Shown here in pieces: positions 1 through 8,538 of a stretch of DNA of 64,000 nucleotides. The translations under genes and the position numbers were made by a program. Source of the stretch: a virus; the IMG/VR virus record IMGVR_UViG_3300029922_000013, positions 32,001 to 96,000 of that record; one strand, written 5' to 3'. How positions within the stretch are numbered: the stretch's first letter is position 1; the number at the start of each line of letters is the position of its first letter. Below the pieces are notes generated by a model. It was not told where the DNA came from. It did not search any database and worked only from the letters and a program-made list of their open reading frames with translations.

Positions 1-133
1 CAAATTGAGATTTCAAAAAAGGATTTTGAGTAAAATCATCTAGAATGTAATCTAAAAGCCATAGGTTGGTTTTTATATCCCCTAATGTTTTTTCTAGAAT
101 TGTTTTAAGAAGTGCGTCTGTTTGAAATATCAT
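1..133 (-). CDS. 5' part of a putative neck/tail-terminator-region protein (runs off window start)
   Basis: ATG at 133, 3 nt after the upstream stop; reads MIFQTDALLKTILEKTLGDIKTNLWLLDYILDDFTQNPFLKSQF with no stop to base 1; not in the ORF track. Confidence 0.7.
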   Translation of the reverse strand, partial: MIFQTDALLKTILEKTLGDIKTNLWLLDYILDDFTQNPFLKSQF

Positions 134-136
134 ATA

Positions 137-1006
137 CTAATCCTTCCACTTAGAAATAATGTCAGGAATAATTCTAGTGTAGAATTCATTTTCTGCCCAC
201 ATCATAGCTTCTTCCATAAATTTGTTAGCTTTGTAACCAGGATGTATAAACTTGTCCTTTGGGGCTACTCCTGTTTCAGGATTCACAATGGGACTTTCCG
301 AAGCAGTTCTAAACGTCATGAATGAGCGTGTTACTTTTACTTTACCTTTTTTATTAAGCTTAGCGTTACCTGCAGAGTCTTTATCTATCGCTTGATAAAT
401 TCTCATTCTTTCTAGTGGATCACTTGACCATTTGTGACTGGATTTACCACCCTTGAAATCAAATTCGTGCAGCAGCCCTTCTTTAGGATTACCGTTTTTA
501 TCTCTTTCAACTCCGGCCCACGGCACCGTTTCTAAGCCATTAGCTTTTCTACGTTTATTCATTGCTTTGAGTTCAAATCTAACGCGATCTGTTAGGCCTT
601 TTTCATAGCCAGTTTGAAGGCTCGGTTTCTTAGAGTGTTCAAAGGGAATTACTAGATAACGACCATTTTTGCCGTGTTTTGTGCTTTTAGAAGAAAACAA
701 CCAAGCATCTGTTTTCATATCAGTATTAGGGGGTATACCTTCTTCAATCCAATAGGCAGATCCAGACAAAGTGACGACGCTAGTGTTGGAATCTAGATGA
801 TCCACTCTAAGATTTTGCTCATTATCTTTTCCACGGAATACTAATTGCAAACTAGGACTTAATTTTTTTTGAGCAAGTTCTATTATATGTTGTTTAGTAG
901 CATTAGCCAAATCTCTAACGCTTTTAGAAAGTTCTTTTTTAACTTTTTCTTGTTCGCTTTTGCAAACTTCAAGAACATCTTTAGGATCAAGTTTGAGCTT
1001 AAGCAT
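137..1006 (-). CDS. Putative neck/tail-completion virion protein
   Basis: 289 aa; YLVIPFEH, FRTASE and FIHPG motifs recall myovirus neck-region proteins; lies in the neck operon. Confidence 0.5.
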   Translation of the reverse strand: MLKLKLDPKDVLEVCKSEQEKVKKELSKSVRDLANATKQHIIELAQKKLSPSLQLVFRGKDNEQNLRVDHLDSNTSVVTLSGSAYWIEEGIPPNTDMKTDAWLFSSKSTKHGKNGRYLVIPFEHSKKPSLQTGYEKGLTDRVRFELKAMNKRRKANGLETVPWAGVERDKNGNPKEGLLHEFDFKGGKSSHKWSSDPLERMRIYQAIDKDSAGNAKLNKKGKVKVTRSFMTFRTASESPIVNPETGVAPKDKFIHPGYKANKFMEEAMMWAENEFYTRIIPDIISKWKD

Positions 1007-1008
1007 AT

Positions 1009-1269
1009 TTAGCCTTTTACAGGCACTCCGCCAGGCCCCATAACGCGACCTTCTTTCATATCAATGAATCTAACCTTACCGTTAGGGTCGGTTATTTTTT
1101 TCTGACCTTTTGCGTTTACCCCACCTTCTGGTATAGGATCTTTAGCAATATGGGGAGTGCTCGCTGTAGTAGGTAGCTTTTTTATTGATCCGGCGCCAGT
1201 AGCTGAATTAGCTACCGGCTTTGAACTGTGGGGATTGAGCAGCACTCTCCGGGGCCGCTTCTTTTTCAT
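1009..1269 (-). CDS. Small basic ORF overlapping the end of the mCpol gene (own start or +1 frameshift extension)
   Basis: C-terminal ~65 aa (KKLPTT...GKVRFIDMKEGRV) fills the gap to the next gene exactly; nearest upstream ATG lies inside the mCpol gene. Confidence 0.5.
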   Translation of the reverse strand: MKKKRPRRVLLNPHSSKPVANSATGAGSIKKLPTTASTPHIAKDPIPEGGVNAKGQKKITDPNGKVRFIDMKEGRVMGPGGVPVKG

Positions 1270-2887
1270 GGGGATGCCCGCAATTAGGGCAAGCTTCATC
1301 ACTAGGCATTTCCTCAGAACCCGGTTGTTCTTCTGGATTTTCGCTTTGGCCTTCAATCTCGTTAACTTCTTGTTCAGTCTCTCCAGAATTATCTAATCCA
1401 GCCAATGAACAAAGTTCTATCATAGCTCTTAACATACTTATACACGCATCGTATAGTTCAGGTGCTTGATCTTTAGCTTTATCCAGGATCGCTTTCTGAG
1501 ACTTAAATCCTTCCAAAGCGTGACCAACCAATTGAGTCACCTTTTCTCGTTGAATATTGTCGGCATGTTGATCCAAACCACCTTGTAAAACTTCTGAAAG
1601 GTCCGGGTCAGATCCATTTGCATCTTCCTCACTTAAACCTAAGTCACCCTGTTTTTGATTATAGTCAGCTGGACGACTTGTACCATCTGGGTCCATATCT
1701 TGCAACATCTCTTGTTGATTATCTAAGTTAGCATCGAGTAAATCTGTTGTAGTTTTAGGCTGTCCGTCATCTATAATATCTTCAAAATCTTTAGAATTGT
1801 CAAGATTTTGATCCAGCAAATCTTCAGCAGAATCCCCATGTTGATCACAAGTGCAACTTGGACAATGCTGAGCTTCACCCATAGATTCTTGCTCGTAGTT
1901 TTCGGCTTCATCTGAAGTAGAATTTTCTATAGGAATGTCAGCCTGTGGTTGTAGTTGTTCAGTATCATTATATTTCAGATCGCTTGGCTTATCGCCTTGA
2001 GGTTGAGCCATACTTTGAGGAGCAGATCCTTCGGCTTGTCCACGATAATCTTTTGGAGCAGGTTTCTTGTCCATAGGTTCTCCATCTTTAGGGTCTGGCA
2101 TTTCTTCGTTCATTTTACGATCTGATTCCTGAACATCAGTTGAGACCGCTTCGAATGTTCTAGGTTGTGCGATGAGGTTTGGTTTTTTAATAGTAGGGGG
2201 AGTAGAGTCATTTGCTTGATAAGAATTGTCTCTCTGCTTTAAATCACTATTTTTGTAACCGGAATCGTAGCCGTGGTTGTTGTCTTGTTTAGGTGGCTCA
2301 GATTCGGTAGGCTCATTTTCATTAGAGTCCGAACCTTCAGGTAAGACTTGGCCCTGAGTATTCGGGCTGTCTGGAGCTTGATTTGCCAATCCTTCTTTTA
2401 CGGATTCAGGTTCGCCAGTGTCTTCTCCGCCACCTACAACGTCTGCGATTTTCTTTCTTTCTTCTTCATGAGGATCAGAAGCGTTCCCTACAGCATCGCT
2501 AATTTCTTGTTCAACAGAATCATCGTATTGTACAATTTGATCTTTCCCACGGGACTTGGCTGCCAACAGAGCCTTACCAGCTTGTGAAATAGTTTGCCCA
2601 TAACCAATGGACAGAGTCGCTTGAACCATATCGGCATAGTTTTGTCGAAGCTGTTCTAATAAATTTACGAAATCAGATGGTGCAACAAAGCTCCCCTCAT
2701 CTCCACCACCGCTTATCCATCGTCCACCATTAGCTTCCACGAATTCTTTAATCTGATTATTTCCAGCCGTAATAAGCTGAGAAACTTGAGATACTTGATC
2801 CAGATCATCAGAAAGAATGGCTCTAGCATGACGTTTGCCAATTCCATCGCCATCGAATGCAAATACTACTTGATTCTGATTATCCAT
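1208..2887 (-). CDS. mCpol (minimal CRISPR polymerase, Cas10-like palm) domain fused to a long acidic low-complexity region
   Basis: N-terminal ~125 aa has FAFDGDGIG, GGRWISGGGDEG and TLSIGYG...ALLAAKSRGKDQI; the rest is D/E/Q/P-rich with two CxxC motifs. Confidence 0.8.
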   Translation of the reverse strand: MDNQNQVVFAFDGDGIGKRHARAILSDDLDQVSQVSQLITAGNNQIKEFVEANGGRWISGGGDEGSFVAPSDFVNLLEQLRQNYADMVQATLSIGYGQTISQAGKALLAAKSRGKDQIVQYDDSVEQEISDAVGNASDPHEEERKKIADVVGGGEDTGEPESVKEGLANQAPDSPNTQGQVLPEGSDSNENEPTESEPPKQDNNHGYDSGYKNSDLKQRDNSYQANDSTPPTIKKPNLIAQPRTFEAVSTDVQESDRKMNEEMPDPKDGEPMDKKPAPKDYRGQAEGSAPQSMAQPQGDKPSDLKYNDTEQLQPQADIPIENSTSDEAENYEQESMGEAQHCPSCTCDQHGDSAEDLLDQNLDNSKDFEDIIDDGQPKTTTDLLDANLDNQQEMLQDMDPDGTSRPADYNQKQGDLGLSEEDANGSDPDLSEVLQGGLDQHADNIQREKVTQLVGHALEGFKSQKAILDKAKDQAPELYDACISMLRAMIELCSLAGLDNSGETEQEVNEIEGQSENPEEQPGSEEMPSDEACPNCGHPHEKEAAPESAAQSPQFKAGS

Positions 2888-3818
2888 TTTTATTACTCCT
2901 CAGAACTTCAAGCAACATTTCAATATTTTCAGAGTTCCATGATTTAGGAAAACTAACTTTAATACCGTCTTCAGTTTTCTTTAGAAAAACTTTCTTACCC
3001 ATATCTTGACCAAAACACATACAAGCACTTACGCCAGAATCATTAAAAATAACGCCATTGCAATCGGGACAATTGATCTGCTCACTTTTTACCATTTCAA
3101 TAGAAAATTCTTTTTTTGCAAGCTTCTTTTTTCTATTTTCTACGAACTCTGCCAACTGGAGAGATTTTTTTGTAGGCTCTAAAACGATTACGGTAGGCTT
3201 TGGAGCCTCTTTAGGTTTTGCCATTTCTTTGTGCTCTTCAGTTATTTTTTTATGTTCAGCAGACAATTGATTCAATTTAGCTAAAAATAATTGTTGAACA
3301 GCGTCTCTTTGCATGAGCTTGCCGTCTATAACTTTGTTGACTAAACTATGCAAATTCATACGTTCATCAATGATACGATTAATTTCTGCTTCTTTAGTAT
3401 GATCAACTTCTGTTTCTTTATCCAGATCTTCTACGTCATAAAGTTCTAGAATTGAAAGCAGCACAAGCCCCAAGCCTGGGATAGAACGGTGCAAGAAATC
3501 TGAAATTTTAACATTGTTTTGAAGTACTTGACCTGAAAAGCTATCGCGCTCATGCTTGGTCGTAGAAACGATGGTATCTTCTTTGCCGGGAATTCTAATT
3601 TCTTTAGTATCCCCAATTTGCATGGGAGACAATTCACGAATCAAAAGACTCAACAAAGCCTTAGGTACAATTTGAAGCCCTTGATATAGATCATTCGTAT
3701 CAGTGACAGTCCGAGTTCCTTGCTTGTAAATTTCGCTTTTAGACAAGTCATTCCCTAAGGATTCTAGAAAATCCTCGCCAAGCGTTTTAATAAGGAAGTA
3801 CTCGGCATTCTTTTTCAT
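2880..3818 (-). CDS. Hypothetical virion protein with C-terminal Zn-finger
   Basis: 312 aa; CPDC...CMC motif; LSKSE and MVKSE motifs; coupled to the mCpol gene. Confidence 0.6.
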   Translation of the reverse strand: MKKNAEYFLIKTLGEDFLESLGNDLSKSEIYKQGTRTVTDTNDLYQGLQIVPKALLSLLIRELSPMQIGDTKEIRIPGKEDTIVSTTKHERDSFSGQVLQNNVKISDFLHRSIPGLGLVLLSILELYDVEDLDKETEVDHTKEAEINRIIDERMNLHSLVNKVIDGKLMQRDAVQQLFLAKLNQLSAEHKKITEEHKEMAKPKEAPKPTVIVLEPTKKSLQLAEFVENRKKKLAKKEFSIEMVKSEQINCPDCNGVIFNDSGVSACMCFGQDMGKKVFLKKTEDGIKVSFPKSWNSENIEMLLEVLRSNKNG

Positions 3819-3821
3819 ATA

Positions 3822-4289
3822 TTAAGGGATCATGCTGCTGGTCATGGCGACAGCAACAGGTTGAATACTTGAGTTATCGTTAATCAAATAAACTAGTAAA
3901 CTAGAAGAACTAGAAATTACCCAATTAGAGTAGCCCCCTGCAAAGTAGGACCAGGAATTTGGCATACAAGGAAGACCCACTCTGCCAGAAGAATCGGTAG
4001 CGCCTGCAGCTAGCGCAGTCACGGTGCCGTCGGTACCAAAGGTGATAGCAGCGACGGTTCCAGAGTTGTTGTAGACAGCCAGGTTGCGTCCAGCATTAGG
4101 AAGAGGATAGGCAGACGAAGGATTGGTGGTATACCCGTTACCTACGCCTGGAACAGGAAGAGGAAGCAAATGACGGCCAACCTCAGCAGTTTTGTTAGCA
4201 CCCGCCGCATTGTTGTAAGTATTATTGGCTATGGCCCCAGTGTCTTGGGTGTCAAATCCTTGAATATTACGTTTTTTAATCTCAGCCAT
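3822..4289 (-). CDS. Hypothetical beta-rich virion protein
   Basis: 155 aa A/G/S/T/N-rich; AAGGA RBS; late motif 39 nt upstream. Confidence 0.6.
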   Translation of the reverse strand: MAEIKKRNIQGFDTQDTGAIANNTYNNAAGANKTAEVGRHLLPLPVPGVGNGYTTNPSSAYPLPNAGRNLAVYNNSGTVAAITFGTDGTVTALAAGATDSSGRVGLPCMPNSWSYFAGGYSNWVISSSSSLLVYLINDNSSIQPVAVAMTSSMIP

Positions 4290-4327
4290 GTTATTGTTTT
4301 CCTTATCTTTTTATCTAATCCTATAGG

Positions 4328-4336
4328 TAAAGATTA
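4328..4336 (-). promoter_or_regulatory. Putative late promoter element TAATCTTTA
   Basis: One of 8 correctly oriented YAATCTTTA copies upstream of gene starts. Confidence 0.6.
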
Positions 4337-4343
4337 CTCGTTA

Positions 4344-5339
4344 TTAGGTATCGTTTTCGACATCCAACATTTCTACGCGGATAACCGGTTGATTTATATT
4401 GACTTTGTCCATTGGTTCAGCCGTTTGCCTGATTTCCATATTCGGTTGGGGTGGTTTGTTGAGTTCATTACCCCGATTTATATTATGGTACAGGAACTCT
4501 CTAGTTACCTGGACAAACTCGGGCATCCGTTCCGATGACCTAACTCCATTTTGGGTAACATCAGTGATACGAACTTCTCTTAAAATTGAAGTTATGTAGT
4601 AAAAAGCCCTATAAAGGTATCTTACACTATACGTTCTTCCCTCACCCGTATCTGGATCAATACCAGGATTATTGCCCCCGTCAATCCAAGCGATATTTCC
4701 GTGATCCGAAATTTTATAGTCAATACCTTGAGTATAATAAACCCCTCTGGAGTCTATCAAAGGAGCGGCCATTTTTTTGATAGGAAACATCGGCACATTT
4801 TCTGAATTAAAAGAAAATTGAAGCAACTCTTTATTAACAACCAAGTCATCTGCTTGGGGATCACCGTGATACAGTCTATCACCAGGAGCTAGGTAAATCC
4901 TGTTGTTCGCAGCTATAGGAGCTGGTTCGCAACAGTCTTCTTCAGATGTGCCACTCTGCTCAGATAAACCACCTGGTATCGAAGGAGCTTGGTCATAAAA
5001 TCTAGGCAAAACAAGGTTTCCCGTGGAAGAGTCATGCAATCCACCTTCAGAAGGTCTTAGTTGATCTTTTTGATTGCTTGTCAATACAGCAGTGAATTTA
5101 CCTGCCAAAGTGTAAATATATCCGTTAGAAGTAATGACATCAACATCACCATTATTTCTGCGATAATCCCCTTTTTCATTCAATCCGATAGGGCTAATAT
5201 TTGCAACGTAATGCAAAAAAGTAGTTCCCAAACTTTGGACGAACATATCCAGTCTATTCAAGTCAAACGATTCTTGAATATAAGGTATAAACGGTGCAAT
5301 TACCGATATCTGTTCGCCGACAGGCTTTTTATTTGCCAC
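4344..5339 (-). CDS. Putative head-closure/neck protein
   Basis: ORF track 4344..5366; GTG at 5339 preferred; GIDYKI...W...GRTYSVRY pattern and position near the adaptor gene. Confidence 0.5.
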   Translation of the reverse strand: MANKKPVGEQISVIAPFIPYIQESFDLNRLDMFVQSLGTTFLHYVANISPIGLNEKGDYRRNNGDVDVITSNGYIYTLAGKFTAVLTSNQKDQLRPSEGGLHDSSTGNLVLPRFYDQAPSIPGGLSEQSGTSEEDCCEPAPIAANNRIYLAPGDRLYHGDPQADDLVVNKELLQFSFNSENVPMFPIKKMAAPLIDSRGVYYTQGIDYKISDHGNIAWIDGGNNPGIDPDTGEGRTYSVRYLYRAFYYITSILREVRITDVTQNGVRSSERMPEFVQVTREFLYHNINRGNELNKPPQPNMEIRQTAEPMDKVNINQPVIRVEMLDVENDT

Positions 5340-5523
5340 ATTTATCTTTCTTACAAAGTTCTGCAAGTTCTTTCAGGCCATCATCCGTATTCTTATGAAA
5401 CAGCGCCAGTCCTTTAATTATATCATCAACGAGCGTCTCTTTAGCTAACTCTTTGTTCTTCTTAAATAATTTAGAGTCAATGACATTGTTTTTTGGTTGA
5501 TCGCCAGAAGATTGGTTACTCAT
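5329..5523 (-). CDS. Hypothetical protein
   Basis: 64 aa, tightly packed in the operon, AGGTGA RBS. Confidence 0.6.
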   Translation of the reverse strand: MSNQSSGDQPKNNVIDSKLFKKNKELAKETLVDDIIKGLALFHKNTDDGLKELAELCKKDKCGK

Positions 5524-5524
5524 G

Positions 5525-6010
5525 TCATTTCACCTTTATTGCTTTAGAATTGCATGACAAAGCTTTTTCGGTAGTAGCTCCAGCCATTGCCCTAACAAAT
5601 TCCTTGGGAAAATTGATTTCCGGAATAAACAAAGAGTCTTCTCTCAAAATGCCGTTAACAGAAGCCAACTTGACATTATGCTTAGTAATCTGAAACTCAA
5701 CGTCTGCACCAGTCTGAATGCTATAGATATCGTGACCTGATTTACGAAGATCATCGGACAAAAAATGAGAGTGCTTGTCTACTAAGGCTTCTGTGTTGAA
5801 ATTTTCTGATTTACAAAGAACGGCCTGGAAGGCAGGAAACATTTTAGAAATAGTGTGTTTTACGATAGCAGGATGTGATCCTCCTGAAACAACTTTTCCA
5901 TTGACAATTCCCATCCAGAATCCACCTTTTGTGCGCACCAATTTCACGGGCTGACCATTTAGCATTCCAGCTTCTTCTACATTGTCGATATCTTCTGGTC
6001 GTAAATTCAT
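5525..6010 (-). CDS. Hypothetical (putative head-internal) protein
   Basis: 161 aa; GAGG RBS; central LCKSE motif. Confidence 0.65.
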   Translation of the reverse strand: MNLRPEDIDNVEEAGMLNGQPVKLVRTKGGFWMGIVNGKVVSGGSHPAIVKHTISKMFPAFQAVLCKSENFNTEALVDKHSHFLSDDLRKSGHDIYSIQTGADVEFQITKHNVKLASVNGILREDSLFIPEINFPKEFVRAMAGATTEKALSCNSKAIKVK

Positions 6011-6011
6011 A

Positions 6012-6965
6012 CTATTTTCCTCTTTTCAATTCAGGATTATCTTCTATATATCGTCTAAGATCGTCCCCATTAAGCAACGTAATTTTTTCACTCTTATTTA
6101 TTTCTTCGGCTTCTTTTTGAGCTTCCTTGCGATACTCCTCAAGAGCATCATGAATTTCTTGTAATACCGTAGGATGGGTGTCTCCAATCAGAGCGGCATG
6201 CTCGACAGCTTCATGCCTATATTCTTCAGCGTCAGTTTTCCATTTCCAGTCGCCAGTTTCTTTCAATTTTTCGTAGCAAGCAGCTGCGCGTGAAGCCCAA
6301 GTCCAAGCAGTGTCTTCTTGAATTTCAGCTAGAGTTTTTTCTGTTATATCTTTGGAGCCTTTTTTCAGATCTAGTTTAGAAGGCTTTTCTATATTAGGGG
6401 AGTAGGTTTCTAGAGTTTTAGGACCTTTTCGCAATTCTGCATTACTAAACTCAATACCTGCATCCTCGGCGGTCTTTGCTCCGGAAGCCTTTATTTTATC
6501 ATGAGTAGCCTTATCCACGCTAACATGAGCATTCCACTCATAATTTTCTTTGTGACCCAAATGATCAAACTTTTCGTGGTGCTCTTTCATTTTATCTGCA
6601 TATGCACCCTGCAAACTAATAGCATATACATCATTGCCATTACGATCTGTTAACATCTTAGGTTCTATCTTAGTTTGCTTTGGATCTGGTGGATTCATCT
6701 CAAGTGCTGAGGCAGTTTTATGGGCGTCTTCAGGCTTATCATTTTTTTTATCAAAAAACTTAATAGTAGCGTGGTAGTCAATACCATTATCTGGTCTCTT
6801 ATCTTTCCCATTTATTTTTACGGGATAGGCAAGTATAAAACCAGTTGAAGCGAGCTTGGCATATGCAGCTGGATCTTCAGCTTTTCTCAATGATTGAGAC
6901 TTGTCCATGTGAGCAATATCAGAGAGAGAATCGGAAAACATTCTTTTCCAAAGTTTATTTTTCAT
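6012..6965 (-). CDS. 2H phosphoesterase (Acb1-like anti-CBASS nuclease) domain plus C-terminal helical HEAVEH domain
   Basis: Two Hx[T/S] motifs about 80 aa apart (DYHATIKFF, WNAHVSV); ORF track 6012..6989, ATG at 6965 preferred. Confidence 0.7.
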   Translation of the reverse strand: MKNKLWKRMFSDSLSDIAHMDKSQSLRKAEDPAAYAKLASTGFILAYPVKINGKDKRPDNGIDYHATIKFFDKKNDKPEDAHKTASALEMNPPDPKQTKIEPKMLTDRNGNDVYAISLQGAYADKMKEHHEKFDHLGHKENYEWNAHVSVDKATHDKIKASGAKTAEDAGIEFSNAELRKGPKTLETYSPNIEKPSKLDLKKGSKDITEKTLAEIQEDTAWTWASRAAACYEKLKETGDWKWKTDAEEYRHEAVEHAALIGDTHPTVLQEIHDALEEYRKEAQKEAEEINKSEKITLLNGDDLRRYIEDNPELKRGK

Positions 6966-7680
6966 TGTGCCAATCCCCACTAGTAACATGTTCCGGCATC
7001 AGGCCAGCTTTTTGATCAGCGAAAACAGTCTGGGAAGGATTTTTTCTGTTATTCTCACCATGAGGTCCAAAGTTCACCCAGTTGTTTTGGCCAGCTGTTT
7101 CGGTGAATAAAGCTCGTTGAGCTGCGGGACTGTACATCTTTTTGTGTGTTAGATAGGCTTGATGTTCGCCAGTAGGACCAAAACCAGTTTTGCCGCCTTT
7201 GTGGTGTCCGTTAATATCGTGAACTATTCTGAATACATCATTTGCTAAAAGTTTTTGGCCACCGTGGTTGAACTCAGTTGGAGCCAGCATAGGATGATCA
7301 TTTGTTTGGTCTTTGCTGCCAAAGCCTTGGTCCGTAGGAAAATACCAAAGATGCTTATTGTTTTCCACATCGTGATGCATTTCTTTAGAATTTTTATAAG
7401 GATTTGCTTGTCCAGGCTTAATTCTTGATATCTTAAGACCTGAACCTAAGATGTCTTTGAACTGTTTCCCCGTTTCATGGGTCAAAGCACCATACGCAGA
7501 TTTTACATCTGGATGAGTTGGATCGTGCTTCATGCCCTCATAAGCATTTGCTATCGCTTTCCCATGCTCAGGATTTATTTTTACTTTTGGAGCTTCCGAC
7601 GATGACGTGGTGGTTGGCTCAGCTTTTTGAACTGAGTTATTTTCGCATAAAACTGCTAAAATACCACGATCCATTCCCAT
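6955..7680 (-). CDS. Uncharacterised phage domain with zincin-like VHDxxGH motif
   Basis: NDVFRIVHDINGH...FGPTGE...H..MYS...TETAGQNNWVNFGP; VQKAE near the N-terminus. Confidence 0.55.
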   Translation of the reverse strand: MGMDRGILAVLCENNSVQKAEPTTTSSSEAPKVKINPEHGKAIANAYEGMKHDPTHPDVKSAYGALTHETGKQFKDILGSGLKISRIKPGQANPYKNSKEMHHDVENNKHLWYFPTDQGFGSKDQTNDHPMLAPTEFNHGGQKLLANDVFRIVHDINGHHKGGKTGFGPTGEHQAYLTHKKMYSPAAQRALFTETAGQNNWVNFGPHGENNRKNPSQTVFADQKAGLMPEHVTSGDWHNEK

Positions 7681-7683
7681 ATG

Positions 7684-8538
7684 TTAATATTCACCAATCA
7701 CATATCTTCTAGCAAAGATACCTTTTATTCTTTGAATTAATTCGTCTCTATTTCTAGTAAGTTCTTCAATACGAAGTGCGAATCTACGAGGACCAAGAGA
7801 GCTGGAACTTTGGGAAATACCGTCTTGGGTTTGAGATTGAGATGTAGCAAAATATAGGACAGCTATTTGGGATAGCAAGTTGATGGCAGCGTTAGTTCCT
7901 ATTAATTGATTCACAATGATTGGCACCTGTCCTTCTCTATTAGATAAACCGGACGAGTAGGTCAGCTGCCAATAGGCGGGCACTTGCCCACAGTTGCCTT
8001 GGGCACCCCAGATAGCCAAAAATGCGATCCCGGCCCCTTGATTTGTAGCCGTGATTTGGGTTCCGCTCGCACTAGTAGCGCCAAAGGCTGCGAGCAAAGG
8101 CACCACATTGACTTGACCTATGCTAAAATTTGCCGTTGTTATCCACATACTCGGAACAGTAAAGATAACCTCGTCATTAGATGCAACGATAGAAAGATCT
8201 TCAACACTTATGATTGGGCCGTGGCGGGGCTTTAGATGTATAAAAGCCTTGTATAATGAGTAATCAAAAACTAACTGTTCTTTGAATTCTTCTCTTGTTA
8301 TAGTCGTATTTAACTGAGCCTCAGTTTCATTCATGGCCATCATGATACGATCTTTTAGCTCATCATCAGTAAATCTATCGCCATTAGGAAATACTAGCGG
8401 GATACCTTTTAGGTATCTGCTCCTAAATAACTCTGGCGTAAGGAATGGTTCAACACGAGCGAGCAACCCACTCGTTTGGGAGGCATGCACCGGGTACATG
8501 CTTGTCTGAAAAGTGCGGGACCTTGAGAAATCAGCCAT
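7684..8538 (-). CDS. Head-tail adaptor/neck protein (SPO1/Twort-like)
   Basis: C-terminal SQSQTQDGISQS...FALRI motif typical of this adaptor family; 284 aa. Confidence 0.65.
   Translation of the reverse strand: MADFSRSRTFQTSMYPVHASQTSGLLARVEPFLTPELFRSRYLKGIPLVFPNGDRFTDDELKDRIMMAMNETEAQLNTTITREEFKEQLVFDYSLYKAFIHLKPRHGPIISVEDLSIVASNDEVIFTVPSMWITTANFSIGQVNVVPLLAAFGATSASGTQITATNQGAGIAFLAIWGAQGNCGQVPAYWQLTYSSGLSNREGQVPIIVNQLIGTNAAINLLSQIAVLYFATSQSQTQDGISQSSSSLGPRRFALRIEELTRNRDELIQRIKGIFARRYVIGEY

Noticed and set aside
2513-2887. GGDEF diguanylate cyclase or type III CRISPR Cas10 call
   Set aside because: First motif is DGDxIG rather than DxDxFKxxND, and no HD domain, other cas genes or array are present; mCpol fits better.
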